Below are positions 1 through 12,135 of a stretch of DNA of 64,000 bases, one piece after another; the stretch's first letter is position 1, and each line of letters starts with the position of its first letter. The position numbers and the translations under genes are program-made. The stretch covers positions 29,326,001-29,390,000 of the forward strand of contig CM126230.1 in the NCBI GenBank assembly GCA_052327205.1. Reading direction: 5' to 3'. The notes under the pieces are model-generated. The model saw nothing but the letters and a program-made list of their open reading frames with translations, did no database searches and had not been told where the DNA came from. The DNA is from Somniosus microcephalus. Taxonomy: Eukaryota.

Positions 1-1123
1 TAGAGGAACTGAAGTTCCTGGAGGCAGCTCTAGCTATGGAGGAGTTGTGGGTGTTCTATTTGATATCATAAAAAAATGTGTGTTTATCTAGCTATGTAAG
101 CATTTTATTCTGAATCACTGGAGAGGATGATAGAGCTTTTCTGTGTGGTGCAAAAAACATGGACTTAACACATTGTGGGTGCCCGTTCTTCTCTAATTGA
201 ACAGGAAGATTGAAGAGAAGCTTGGTGGAAGTCTCATTGTGTACTTATTATTCCAGACTGAATGCACTGCAAAATAAAATGCTTCAGAAACGTGTGGAGC
301 ATATGGAGTTCTATTTCAGTGCAACCCAATGGCAAAATTCACTGTGAGCTATATGTTAACGATACTAATAACAGTAAAGAATCAGGCTTCATGTCTCTTA
401 AGCTAGAACTCAGGAGAGCACCTGCCACTGTACCACTGTGACATTTTCATTTCCTACACCAGATCCCCTTGTGGCCCATTTCAGTGACTGCTCTCCAGCT
501 ACAATCCCAGACATTATCTTAATACTCCTCAACTTCAGGAACCCTCCAGTTCACCCGAACTCGAAACTTCCTGAGTGCTCCCAGTCCCCAGCCCCTTCCC
601 TAAACTGTTCTCGCTCCCGATCACGCCTCCCAATCCACCCAGGATGTACACCCATGACCAGCCTCCAGAATTCTGCTCTCCCCCACATCCCCCCCCCCCC
701 CCCCACCCCCCGCCTCACCTCATCAAATGCTCCCGGCACTGAGCCTTCTCATTCTCTCAAAGCGAAGTGCTTTTAGACCTCTTCTTCTCGCTGCTTCCCA
801 CGCCTCCAGGTGTAGGAGAGAGACAGTGAGACAGCAAGGGGGTGCAAGTCCTCAGTCCTATTCTGCCAATCCCCCAGTTTCTTCCAATCTGCCTTTCACT
901 CCCATGTAGCCCCACCTTGTAATGCACCTTGCATGTCTGATACTGACGCTCTCCTCCAAAATGGGCCATGTTGCCTCCCACCTTGTTGCATGCAATGTTA
1001 ATAAAGGTAAGAGCTGAACATTAAGCATCAGTAAAAACAGGCATAAAAGCCAAAAAAGATCAAAGAAAGCCAATAAAAGGCAGGAAAGAGAAGAGACCTT
1101 TTGCAACATGGGAGAGAAACTTA

Positions 1124-1845
1124 GGGCTGGATATTGCCAGCTGAGATGAGTTGGGGACAGGATTGCTGCCTTTCCGGGTTTCAGTCCCGCCCCCAGCGAC
1201 GTCTGACGAACCCACGCTGTTTTCCCTTGATTGGCCTTGTTAAGCCCGCTGCGGGCTCACCAACCAATTAAAGGGAAGCCGGTGACGGATGACGTCAGCG
1301 TATGCTGCTTAGCTGTCGAAAAATTTTTGACAGATGAATTGTCAGTGTTTGACAGCTTTGAGAAGCTGACAAACACTGACAATCTCTGTTCTAAGGTGAG
1401 CCCTTCCACCCAGGCTCACCAAAACCTCTCTCCTTAACAGAAAGCAGATGGCTGCAACATCTGAAAATGCAGCAGCCATTCTGTCATCTGTGTCGTTGAG
1501 ATGAGGCACCTCCGGATCCTCAACGGTTGAAGCCTGCAGAAAGAAGCAAAGGTAAGGAAACTTTTTCTAACACTTTACACTCACCTCTCATACTTACCTG
1601 TCCACACTTGCACCCATCACTCACCTCTAAATCTTACTTTTCGACTGTTAACAGGCAGTTAATTGGCTGTAATCCCCTTCCCGCCTCGAGGAGATGGGTC
1701 CCTGCGCGACTCGGGGACCCGCCTCCCGGGAAGATGGCACGGAGGCGGGTTGGGAGCGGGGTTGGTTGGTACCCGCTCCCAGTTTCTGCCATTTTCCCGG
1801 CAATCCTGCCTCCAAACTCATCTCCTCGGTTGGGAAAATTCCCCC
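1124..1845 (+). mobile_element. Non-autonomous PIF/Harbinger-type element, family A
   Basis: Ends GGGCTGGATATT...AAAATTCCCCC; flanks TTA/TTT; internal sequence shared with copies at 17034, 24498 and 62905, which have clean 3-bp TSDs. Confidence 0.7.
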
Positions 1846-3750
1846 TTTTAGAATAAGAATTGGAAAGAGAGATAGAGATATCACCATGAAAATGTACATG
1901 AGAACCATCAAGAAAATGAGTGGAAGAGAAATAGAAAGACTAAAAGAGGAACACAGGCAATCTGAGTGTGGAAAACAAGCACAGAGTTAACCACAGGAAG
2001 TTGTCTATAAGCAACTTATACAATAACACACTGTAGCGTCGTATAACCCTCCTGTTTTTCTAAACCGTGTCCTCCAACTCACCCTGAGCAATGCCACAGA
2101 AGCTTCATTTATTCTAATTATAAATATTTTTTCAGCTCAAACATGTCGTATATTTTGAATTTTCTGCAGTACAGCAATTTGTGTAAAACCAGTCAATGTA
2201 ATATTTTATTTCCAATTTTTTTCCTTTCACAAATTAATTCTTGCTCAGTGGCACTGTCTCAGGCTTTTCCTTTAGAAGAGAATCCATTAAAGTCCCTCTT
2301 ATCATCAATCAAAATATCATTTGGGCCTTATTACTCTATTCATTTTTAATCACTTTGTACTTTATGGTGTGGGCAAAGTTCCAAGTTCTTACGGTTTCAC
2401 TATTTTCAGATGAAAACTTTCAAAATAAGTTACTTAAATCTCCCTTAGGTGCGATAACGGCAGCTCGCTATGAGCTGAAATCTGAACCTTTTGATCTGCC
2501 TTGCACAGGCTAACACTCCTTTCATCCTCGCAATTATGAAATGTATTTATTTTGGGGCACTATTTGCAGATCTGTCTGTGAAAAAGATCTCAGAGCCTCA
2601 GTGTATCAGAGCTCATCTGCTGTTTGCATTTCCAACACTGGGCCCCACAATCAGACATGATTTATTTGTTACTGTTACATTTTGGACAGCATTTCTGTGG
2701 TTTGTTTAGATTTCTGTCAAGCCCTAGGATATTTTTTTGGCTTAGGCAAACTCTTTGGAAGTGGCTTGTGCATGAAATACAGCAGAGTGGGTACATTTTT
2801 GACTAAATTTATAATTGTAAAGATGATGGATAGAGTAAAATTACTATTCCCAAATGTACAGTGTCAATTATCAAGATAATATGCCAAACTGCCTCAAAAA
2901 TAAATACAGATAAAAGGTTTGGTGAATGAGAACTATTCATACTGATTACTAAATACAGGATGTCACACTGGTAGCCGAGCATTACGGGAGTTCTTTTACA
3001 AGTTTGAAAGACCCATAACTCATCTGTGGCAAAGTTATGAAGTCTTTCCCACAAGTAAAATAAGCTTTGCCATTCACCCGCATCAGTGGTGTATTCTTCG
3101 AAGAGTTGTTTAATGTAAAATGCACTAAATTTAGCCTATGGCCTACGCCCTTTGGGTTTGTGCTTTTCCTTGTAGTCTTCCGCCCCTCCCGCGCCCCCCC
3201 CCCCCCCCCCCCCAAATCTTGGCTGGATCTAGATACTTTTACTGACGGCTTGTATGAAATGTAAGTAAATTAATAAGGATCCAGTTTTGAAAAGTTGATA
3301 GATTCTCTGCCACTTTGTTGCATCTTCTCTTGAAACATGACAAAATTGTGCTTTTGTTCCAGTCTGTTACTTTTAGTGGGCTTGCAACAAAACTGATGCG
3401 GGCAAGGCAGAAAAGCTGTGGAAGTGCGGGGAATATCTCATATTGGTACTGTCTCTGACTGACTGATTTGGAGCAAGGTGGTAGAAGAAATACTGCAATC
3501 TTTACCACTAAATTTTAAAGCCAACACTTCAGAGTAAGTGGTGGAAATCGACAAACAAATGTGCAGTGCACATCAAATAATGTATAGATTGTATAGGGAA
3601 ATATATCATCATGCATTGAAACCTATTGTAGGCAAGGAATACACTTATACTTCATAGTAAAATTAGTGATCCCAGTTTAATGAAGTATGGTGTAGACAAG
3701 TTGAAATTTTAAGATGGACTTTTTACCTGGGGAGAATCCCAGTTCTGTAT

Positions 3751-4055
3751 TGTGGCGGAGACCACATAGGGACAATAACACAATATATAGCCAATGTTGT
3801 TATATGTACCTAAACACAATTCACTATGTATAGCAATGTTGTTATATGTACGTACTGGGTTGGGTTATCGGTGCAGGGTCCCTTTAAGAGTGTCGGTAGC
3901 GTGATGACGTCATGACGTCGGTTGCGTGATGACGTCATAGCCCCTGCAACGGGGCTGAGACCTTCAGTCCTGGTGGAGAGTGAATAAAGTAAGACACATT
4001 TTGCCTTTGCTGCAACAAAAGTCTCAGAGCCTGTTGATTTCTATCGACCCCAACA
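3751..4055 (+). repeat. 5' LTR (305 bp) of CsRn1-clade element
   Basis: Direct repeat of 7875-8162; AATAAA at 3983-3988; TGACGTCA at 3905 and 3930. Confidence 0.95.
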
Positions 4056-4056
4056 T

Positions 4057-4067
4057 TGGTGACCCCG
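4057..4067 (+). promoter_or_regulatory. Primer-binding site, tRNA-Trp
   Basis: TGGTGACCCCG 1 nt after the LTR, complementary to the tRNA-Trp 3' end ...CGGGGTCACCA (tRNA sequence from memory). Confidence 0.85.
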
Positions 4068-4103
4068 CTGCTCTTTTGGACGATTCCAAAGACCTCATCC
4101 GAA

Positions 4104-7100
4104 ATGGCGACGAACGCCGTTTCCATCAAATTACCCAAGTTTTGGGAACAACAGGCTGTCGCTTGGTTCGCCCAGGCCGAGACTCAATTTGCACTCCGGG
4201 ACATCACCGCGGACGACACGAGGTACTACTACGTCGTCTCTGCTCTCGGCAGCTCCACCGCGGCCAGAGTCATGAGCCTGCTCGAGAACCCCCAAGAGCT
4301 CAACAAATATGAAACGCTGAAAACGCACCTCTTAGAGACTTTCGGACTCACCGAAGCCAAGCGCGCACGCCGGCTTCTCTCTCTACCCGGGCTTGGCGAC
4401 TCCAAGCCCTCGGAGCTGATGGACCACATGCTGGCCCTCCTGGGCACACACAGGCCGTGCTTCCTCTTCAAGGAACTGTTCCTTCAACAGCTGCCAGGTC
4501 AGGTATGGTCGGCTTTAGCCAACTCTTCCACTACCGATTTCCACGACCTGGCCAAGGAGGCCGACAAATTTTTCTCCGCCGGGCAACAGTACTGCGCGGC
4601 CACACGGAGCCCTGCCCCCACCGATACAGCCCAACGGCGGCAGCCCCCAAGCCTCTGCTTCTACCACGCGCAGTTCGGCCCCAAAGCCAGGAAGTGCCGG
4701 CCCCCGTGCAGTTTTCCCGCATCAAAACAAACGAAAGACCACTCGTCGGCTGCTATGGCTGTCGGCCGTTCAGGCAGTTTGTTATTTATTACAGACACCG
4801 ACTCCAGACGTCATTTTCTTTGCGACACGGGTGCCCAGGTAAGCGTCCTGCCCGCGTCAACCATAGACATTCAAGGGGGGAAACCACGGCCCCGTCCTCG
4901 AAGCCGCCAACGGCAGTTCCATCCGCACCTTCGGGAAACGGAACGTGGCGCTTTTTTGTTTTGGCGGGCAGCGGTTCACCTGGGACTTCGTCACGGCAAA
5001 AGTGTCCACCCCCCTTCTCGGCGCTGACTTCCTCTGTGCCAATGGCCTTTTGGTGGACGTCAAGAACTGACGTCTCATCAATGCTGAGACTTTCAGCTCG
5101 CTCCCGTGTTCCCTCAGCAGGTCCTGCACGACGCACTTGTCCAGCGCACTCTCGACCTCCGACGAGTTTTCCCGCCTCCTCGCCGAGTTCCCGGACCTCA
5201 TGAAGCCCACATTTTCGTCCGCCGCCACCAAACACGGGGTAGAACACCACATCTCGACCACCGGTCCACCCGTCTACGCCCGCGCTCGGCGCCTCGACCC
5301 GAGGAAACTCTCCATCGCTAAAGCCGAGTTCGACACCAAGGAGCGCCTCGGCATCATCCACTGGTTGAACAGTCCGTGGGCATCGCCCCGAAACCAGGCG
5401 GCGGGTGGTGCCCGTGCGGCGATTACCGGCGCCTCAATGACACGACGACCCCCGACCGCTACCCGATTCCACACATCCAGGACTTTTCCACCCGCCTGGC
5501 CGGGAAAGTGGAATTATTGAAAGTGGACCTCGTCCGGGGTTTCCACCAGGTCCCTGTCCGACCGCAGGATGTCCCGAAAACCGCGGTGATCACCCCGTTC
5601 GGGCTGTTCGAATTCCTCCGCATGCCATTTGGCCTCAAAAATGCCGCCCAGGCTTTTCAACACCTAATGGACGCCATGTTACAGGACCTGACATTCCTGT
5701 TCGTATACCTGGACGACATCCTCATCGCCAGCACCTCCAGGACGGAGCATGTGTCCCACCTCCAGACTCTCTTCGAATGCCTCAGCCAGCATGGCCTAAT
5801 CGTCAACCCGGCCAAGTGCCAGTTCGGGCTGTCCTCGATCGATTTTCTCGGGCACTGCATCACGAAGGACAGGGCAGTGCCACTGCCATCGAAAGTGGAG
5901 GTCGTGATGGACTTCCCGCGACCCCTCACCGTGAAGGCCCTGCAGGAGTTTTTGGGCATGGTGAACTTTTACCGTCGCTTCGTCCCCCGAGCAGCCCAGC
6001 TTATGCGGCCCCTTTATGAGGCCCTCAAAGGCAAGCCCGACAAGCTCACCGTCGACTGGTCCGAGGAGATGGCCAATTCTTTCACGGACACGAAAAGGGC
6101 CCTGGTTAATGCGACAATGCTGGCGCATCCGTTACCTGATGCGCCGATCACTCTCACCACCGATGCCTTGGACTATGCGGTCGGCGCTGTCCACAAACAG
6201 TGGGTCAATGGCACCTAGCAGCCGCTCGCCGCCTTCAGCCGGCAGCTCTGCCCCAACGAGCGGAAGTACAGCACCTTCAATCGCGAGCTTCTCGGCCTCT
6301 ACCTCGCCGTCCGACACTTCTGTTTCCTGCTGGAGGCCCGCCCGTTCATGGCGTTCGTGGACCGCAAGCCGTTGACCTTCGCCATGGCCAAAGCTTCCGA
6401 GCCGTGGTCGGCCCGTCAGCAACGCCAGCTGGCCTTCATCTCAGAGTTTACAACAGACATCCAGCATGTGACTGGGAAAGACAACCCCGTCGCAGACTGT
6501 CTCTCCCGAGCCGTCGCCAGCGCCGTGCACCTCGGCATCGACTACACCCGCATGGCGGTCGACCAGGCCTCCGACCCGGACGTCCAGGCCTACAGGACGG
6601 CGGTCACGGGCCTTCAACTAGCGGACGTCGCGTTCGACGATGCCGGCACCACACTCCTGTGCGACGTCTCCGTTGGGCAGCCACGTCCCGTTGTGCCCGA
6701 CGGGTGGAGACGGCAAGTTTTCGACGCCGTCCATAATCTTTCCCACCCGGGCAGGAAGTCGTCACAGAAGCTGGTGGCGGCTAAGTTCGTCTGGCACGGG
6801 CTTAGGAAAGACATTCGCGACTGGGCCAGCACCTGCGTGGTATGCCAACGCTCGATAGTGCATTGCCATACTTTCGCGGTGCCCGAGAGGCGGTTCGACC
6901 ATGTTAACGTAGACCTGGTGGGGCCCCTGCTGCCCTCCCGCGGGTTCACCCACCTCCTCACAATGGTCGACAGAACCACCCGATGGCCGGAAGCCGTCCC
7001 GCTGTCTTCACCGACGGCCGCCGATGTGGCTCGGGCGTTCATCAACACTTGGGTCGCCCGGTTCGGCGCCCCATCTGACGTCTCCTCCGACCGGGGCCCC

Positions 7101-7937
7101 CAGTTCACGTCAGAGCTCTGGAACACTGTCGCCCGAGGCCTCGGGTTGAGACTCCACCGCACCACAGCATACCACCCTCAGGCTAACGGACTGTGCGAAC
7201 GGTTTCATCGCTCCATGAAGGCCACGCTCCGGGCCAGCCTCCGGGATGACAGCTGGATCGACAGACTCCCATGGGTTATGCTGGGACTCAGGACCGCTCC
7301 CAAGGAGGACCTCCAGTCCTCGTCCGCCGAACTCGTCTACGGACAGCCGCTGCGGGTTCCCGGGGATTTTGTCCCCAACGCAACGGAACCTTGGTCCGCA
7401 GCCCGTCAGTGGTCCGACCTTCTGGACAATGCCAAGGTTTTCGCACCGGCGTCCACATCGCAGCACGGCCTCCCGCAGTCCCACGTTCTGCTCGCCCTTC
7501 GTGCGGCGGAGCACGTTTTCGTCCGCCATGACGCCCACCGGGGACCTCTTCAGCCACCCTACGATGGACCATTCCGCGTCCTGGAAACCGGGGACAAGAC
7601 CTTCGTAGTGGATGTCGGCGGTAAGCCGGACTGCATTTCCGTGGACCGTCTTAAGCCGGCCCACCTGGATCTGGACCGACCCATTGAGTTGGCACAGCCC
7701 CCGAGGCGGGGCCGACCTCCGGTTTCCGCACCCTCAGTCCGCCACCGAGCACCCGAGGTCCCTCCGATGAACCCCCGCAGTCCCCGCCCCGGAATCGAGG
7801 AGCTGTTCCGACCGTGTGATCCGGCCCCCCCAACGACTGACATTGCCAGTGCTAGTGAATTCTGGGGGGACGTATGTGGCGGAGACCACATAGGGACAAT
7901 AACACAATGTATAGCCAATGTTGTTATATGTACCTAA
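4104..7937 (+). pseudogene. gag-pol of CsRn1-clade element with frameshifts and stops
   Basis: Gag AVSIKLPKFW...CFYHAQFGPKARKCRPPC; protease FLCDTGAQVS; RT YLDD; RNase H TTDALDYAVG; integrase HNLSHPG..CVVC, DDE core, PPYDGPF. Frameshifts near 4880 and 5385; stops at 5068-5070 and 6216-6218. Confidence 0.9.
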
Positions 7938-8162
7938 ATACAATTCACTATGAGTAGCAATGTTGTTATCTGTACATACTGGGTTGGGTTATCGGTGCAG
8001 GGTTCCTTTAAGAGCGTTGATAGCGTGATGATGTGATGACGTCATAGCCCCTGCAACGGGGCTGAGACCTTCAGTCCTCGTGGAGAGAGAATAAAGTAAG
8101 ACACGTTTTGCCTTTGCTGCAACAAAAGTCTCAGAGCCTGTTGATTTCTATCGACCCCAACA
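7875..8162 (+). repeat. 3' LTR (288 bp) of CsRn1-clade element
   Basis: Matches 5' LTR with about 13-14 substitutions and a 17-bp indel (counted by eye); preceded by G-rich tract 7864-7870. Confidence 0.95.
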
Positions 8163-8242
8163 GTATATCAATAATAGTAAAGGTCTCCAGCCGAAACCAA
8201 ATGTCTCACCCTGTTTGCAGCAAGCTTACAAAGCATTTTTCT

Positions 8243-8610
8243 AAAATAACAACAGAAAATGCTGGAAATACTCAGCAGGCCAGGCAGCATCCGTGGAGAG
8301 AGAAACAGAGTTAACGTTTCAGGTCTGGGACCCTTCATCAGAACTGGAAAAAGCTGGAGATGTAACATATTAAGCAGGTGCAGAGACGGGGGCGGGGGCG
8401 GGTGGTTAGGAGGGGAGGAAGGAATTGAAAGAACATCCTGTACTTTTGTAAGAGGCAGGAAAGATAAAATGTTGCAAATGGGAATGGCAAAAATCATACT
8501 GCATGAAAAATGGGGGCAGGGATAACTATCTGAAATTGTTGAACTCAATGTTGAGTCCGGCAGGCTGCAAAGTGCCCAATCGAAAGATGAGGTGCTGTTT
8601 TTCTAGCCTG
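8243..8610 (-). mobile_element. Penelope-like retroelement 3' fragment (GIY-YIG endonuclease C-terminus plus 3' region)
   Basis: Minus strand 8609-8526 reads RLEKQHLIFRLGTLQPAGLNIEFNNFR*; hammerhead motif downstream. Confidence 0.8.
8309..8345 (-). ncRNA. Minimal type I hammerhead ribozyme
   Basis: Minus strand AGTT-CTGATGA-AGGGTC CCA GACCT-GAAA-CGTT-AACT: both core boxes, stem II, palindromic ACGT stem III, stem I AGTT/AACT. Confidence 0.75.
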
Positions 8611-8809
8611 GTCTTGCTCGCTTTTCGCTGAAGGCCACAATCCCAAGCAAGCGCCCATTCAGGAAACCATAGAAAAGCCAAGAAACCATAGGCCAGTTAG
8701 TCTTCAGTCGCTAGTGAACAACTGGACTGAGCAATTGGAGAAATGTGAGCTAATCAGGGCCAGCCAGCAGGTCATGTTTAATTTTGTAAAAGGAAGATTT
8801 TTGGTCTGG

Positions 8810-9035
8810 AAAATGTGGCGTTCCACAGGGGGAAAGTGGAAATCTCTGCCATAAGTGGTGTGGAAGCAGAATCCATGAATTCTTCTAAAAGGGAATCAGA
8901 TAGTTGCTTGAAAGAAAGGTGCATGGAAAGTGAACGGGAGAGTGGTTTTGAACTACGGGGCTCATGTGAAGAGAAACACCAGCACAGGTGGATCAAGTGG
9001 CTTGTTTCTTGGCTTGTACATTCTGTGGTCATATT
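8810..9035 (+). mobile_element. Degenerate CR1 LINE 3' end
   Basis: Resembles CR1 ORF2 end (VEAESMNSSKRESDSCL ~ VEA.SI..FK.ELD.YL) and 3' tail. Confidence 0.5.
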
Positions 9036-9182
9036 CTAAGACTCTCGGAACATACTGCACCACAATGGTGCTCAGACACCGTTCAGTGCCCATGATTCCG
9101 AACACAAGGACCTCTTGATTTCAGTAATGGTACCATGAGCATCAAGTAACAGGAGCAAGCTCCCAGGGTATATCATGTCTAG

Positions 9183-9525
9183 AAAAAAAAGAAAGAACTT
9201 GGATTTATATCCTGCCTTTCACAATGTGAGGACGGCCCAAAGCGCTTTACAGCCAAGTAAGTATTTTTGAAACGTAATCACTGTTATAACGTAGGAAACG
9301 CACAGTTTGCGCCAATTTATGCACAGCAAGCTCCCACAAACAGCAATTAAATAAATGACCAGATCATCTGTTTTAAGGTGTTGGTTGAGGGATAAATATT
9401 GGCTGGGACACCGGGAGAGCTCACCGGCACTGCTTCAAATAGTGCCGTGGGATCTTTTACATCCACCTGAGAGGGTAGACAGTGCCTCAACTTAATGTCT
9501 CATCCGAAAGAAGGCACCTCCAACA
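9183..9525 (-). mobile_element. DeuSINE (SacSINE1-like), 5' truncated
   Basis: Same Deu domain and tail as 11088-11520 and 45574-46049. Confidence 0.8.
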
Positions 9526-11087
9526 TCATTGTTCTGGCTGTTAGGCTATCCTGGAAAATGTATGATTTTTTTTTTCTTTTGCTGCTTGTTTTGAATTGCG
9601 ATGTCTGAATGCAGAAAATCCATTCCTTTATATTTAGAAACATGAATGCTATTTGTCGTCAGGATGTAATTTAACAAAGAAAACATTTGAATTGGCTCCT
9701 GTGGTCTCTTTAGAACTGGGATATTCTTCTGTGATGTTGAATTTATCCACTCCCAATGCTGTGAGATCAGGATGGTGAATTTTATGGAGCAGATGCAGAT
9801 TTCCAGTTGATAAATTAGTATAATGTATGCATTTTCCAATGAACTATAAAAGCTGAATTTTATAACTGCCATTAGTCTTGGCACTAGTGTGACGCTAATA
9901 ATGATTGTGGGTGATTATCTTTTTAGATTTTTACAAAATATGAGAGATTGCACCAACATGATCTTTTTATTGCCCCCAGGCAAGAGTGCGTGCATTCCTG
10001 ATTTTTGGATGACAGAGTGAAATATGTCTGTCAATAAACCCCATAATGGTTGTGTGTTGGACCCGGTGTAATGAAAGAGCACAGAATGGATCATTATTTG
10101 ATGGTGTTGAACTATTGCTAAGCTGTTTTTAGAGTTATCACAAATGGAGTACAATTCTGTCCTTTGCCTGATAAGGTGCGACATATTTCAGTTCATAGTG
10201 TAGGTGGTTTCACCATATGTAAGCCACTTATTTGTGGATTTAGATGTTTTGAACCCCATATTGGTTCCTCATGGTGGTTTGAGCAATAATTGTTTAAGGC
10301 GGCCAAAACAAAGTTATGCAGGTCACAAAAAGTCTTTTGGAAAATATAGCCCTGGGAAAAGAGATGGACAGCATGCCTGTGGAGATATGACAGAAACGTT
10401 CAAGTTTTATTTTGGCTTAAAAATTGCTACATATTTGTAACTGGAAAGGGAATGTTGCAAATATCATTTGTATTAAAAACAGAATTGAGTAATGAGTTCA
10501 TGATGTTACAGTTAGGCTCAGAGTGTGGAGATTTGACCGCTTAGTCTCGAACACTAAGATGAGTGTTTCTAATTTGCTCTCTTTTCCCCTTCACAAATAA
10601 AGATGGTACCTCCCGCTGGGGTAACATTCCACGGGCACCATGGTAATCACCCATGTGTGATCCTGGACATCAGCAGGCTAATGAACTGAGGAGCCATCAC
10701 AGTTAAGTTTGATCCTGTCCAGACTATTGCATGGTCTAGCAGGATTCACTGGATAGTGATCAGAAGTGGAACTCTGTGTGACTTGTTTTTCTCTTCCGTA
10801 CTCCAGACTCTAAAGCCAGCTGTAAAGCTTCCATCGCTGACTGGACAGAGATTAGATAACTCCGTGAAGAGCAGGGAGCAAATGTGGCACGTTCCTGTTA
10901 TGTTTATCTCCGTGACATACTGCGTGATGTATTTACTCATTGCCGATCAGGGATCTGGAGTTTATGGAAAATAAACCAATGAATGGCTAGGTTGAGTAGC
11001 AGTGAATGAGTTATGTTGGTCACAAGCAGTTTGTTTTCCCTAATTCACCAGGCCCCCAAGATCTATTTCTACAACATTTCTGAATTA

Positions 11088-11520
11088 GAAAGAAAGACTT
11101 GCATTTCTATAGCGCCTTTCACGACCACCGGACGTCTCAAAGCGCTTTACAGCCAATGAAGTACTTTTGGAGTGTAGTCACTGTTGCAATGCGGGAAACG
11201 CGGCAGCCAATTTGCGCACAGCAAGCTCCCACAAACAGCAATGTGCTAATGACCAGATAATCTGTTTTTGTTATATTGGTTGAGGGATAAATGTTGGCTA
11301 GGACATCAAAATAGTGCCATGGGATCTTTTACGTCCACCTGAGAGAGCAGACGTTTAGCGTCTCATCCGAAAGATGGCACCTCCGACAGTGCAGTGCTCC
11401 CTCAGTACTGCACTGGAGTGTCAACCTAGCTTTATGTGCTCAAGTCCCTGGAGTGGGACTTGAACCCACAACCTTCTGACTCAGAGGCGAGGGTGCTGCC
11501 CACTGAACCACAGCTGACAC
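11088..11520 (-). mobile_element. DeuSINE (SacSINE1-like), near full length
   Basis: tRNA-like head with B box GGTTCAAGTCC, Deu domain CAGGTGGACGTAAAAGATCCCATGGCACTA, tail AATGCAAGTCTTTCTTT. Confidence 0.85.
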
Positions 11521-11631
11521 TAAACAAAAACAAACGTCATGTTACATTTTTGCTACTGAGGTTTGTTTTGCTAATTTTGGCTACATGAAGCCAAAGGTTA
11601 ATTTAATAATTAAATAAAAGTAAGAGCACAC

Positions 11632-12135
11632 CAACAACAACAACAACTTGTATTTATATAGCATCTTTAACGTAGTAAAATGTCCCAAGGCGCTTCACAG
11701 GAGTATTTTAAGACAAAAAATTTGACACCGAGCCACATAGAAAGAAATTAGGGCAGGTGACCAAAAGCTTCGTCAAAGAGGTAGGTTTTAAGGAACGTCT
11801 TAAAGGAGGAAAGAGAGGTAGAGAAGCAGAGAGGTTTAGGCAGGGAATTCCAGAGCTTAGGGCCCAGGCAACAGAGGGCACGGCCAGCGATGGTTGTGCG
11901 ATTATAATCGGGGATGCTCAAGAGGGCAGAATTAGAGGAGCGCAGATATCTCGGGGGTGGGAGGGTTGGGTCTGAAGGAGATTACAGGGATAGTGAGGGA
12001 CGAAGCCATGGAGGGATTTGAAAACAAGGATGAGAATTTTGAAATCGAGGCGCTGCTTAACCAGGAGCCAATGTAGGTCAGTCAGCACAGGGATGATGGG
12101 TGAACGGGACTTGGTGCAAGTTAGGACAATGGCTT
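11632..12135 (-). mobile_element. L2 LINE 3' fragment
   Basis: SPIIPVLTDLHWLLVKQRLDFKILILVFKSLHG is a typical L2 ORF2 C-terminus; (GTT)n tail. Confidence 0.85.

Larger units (their letters stand above)
3751..8162 (+). mobile_element. Full-length Ty3/Gypsy LTR retrotransposon, CsRn1 clade, coding region disrupted
   Basis: Two TG...CA LTRs, 4-bp TSD GTAT (3747-3750, 8163-8166), tRNA-Trp PBS, Gag CHCC motif, PR-RT-RH-IN order. Confidence 0.95.

Noticed and set aside
197-244. LNRKIEEKLGGSLIV resembles the destrin/cofilin C-terminus
   Set aside because: Only 15 aa, preceded by a stop, with no similarity on either side; probably chance
4131-7943. Many overlapping alternative-frame and antisense ORFs
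   Set aside because: Shadows of the GC-rich gag-pol
11440-11520. tRNA-like A/B boxes (also 45975-46049)
   Set aside because: SINE heads continuing into the Deu domain, not tRNA genes
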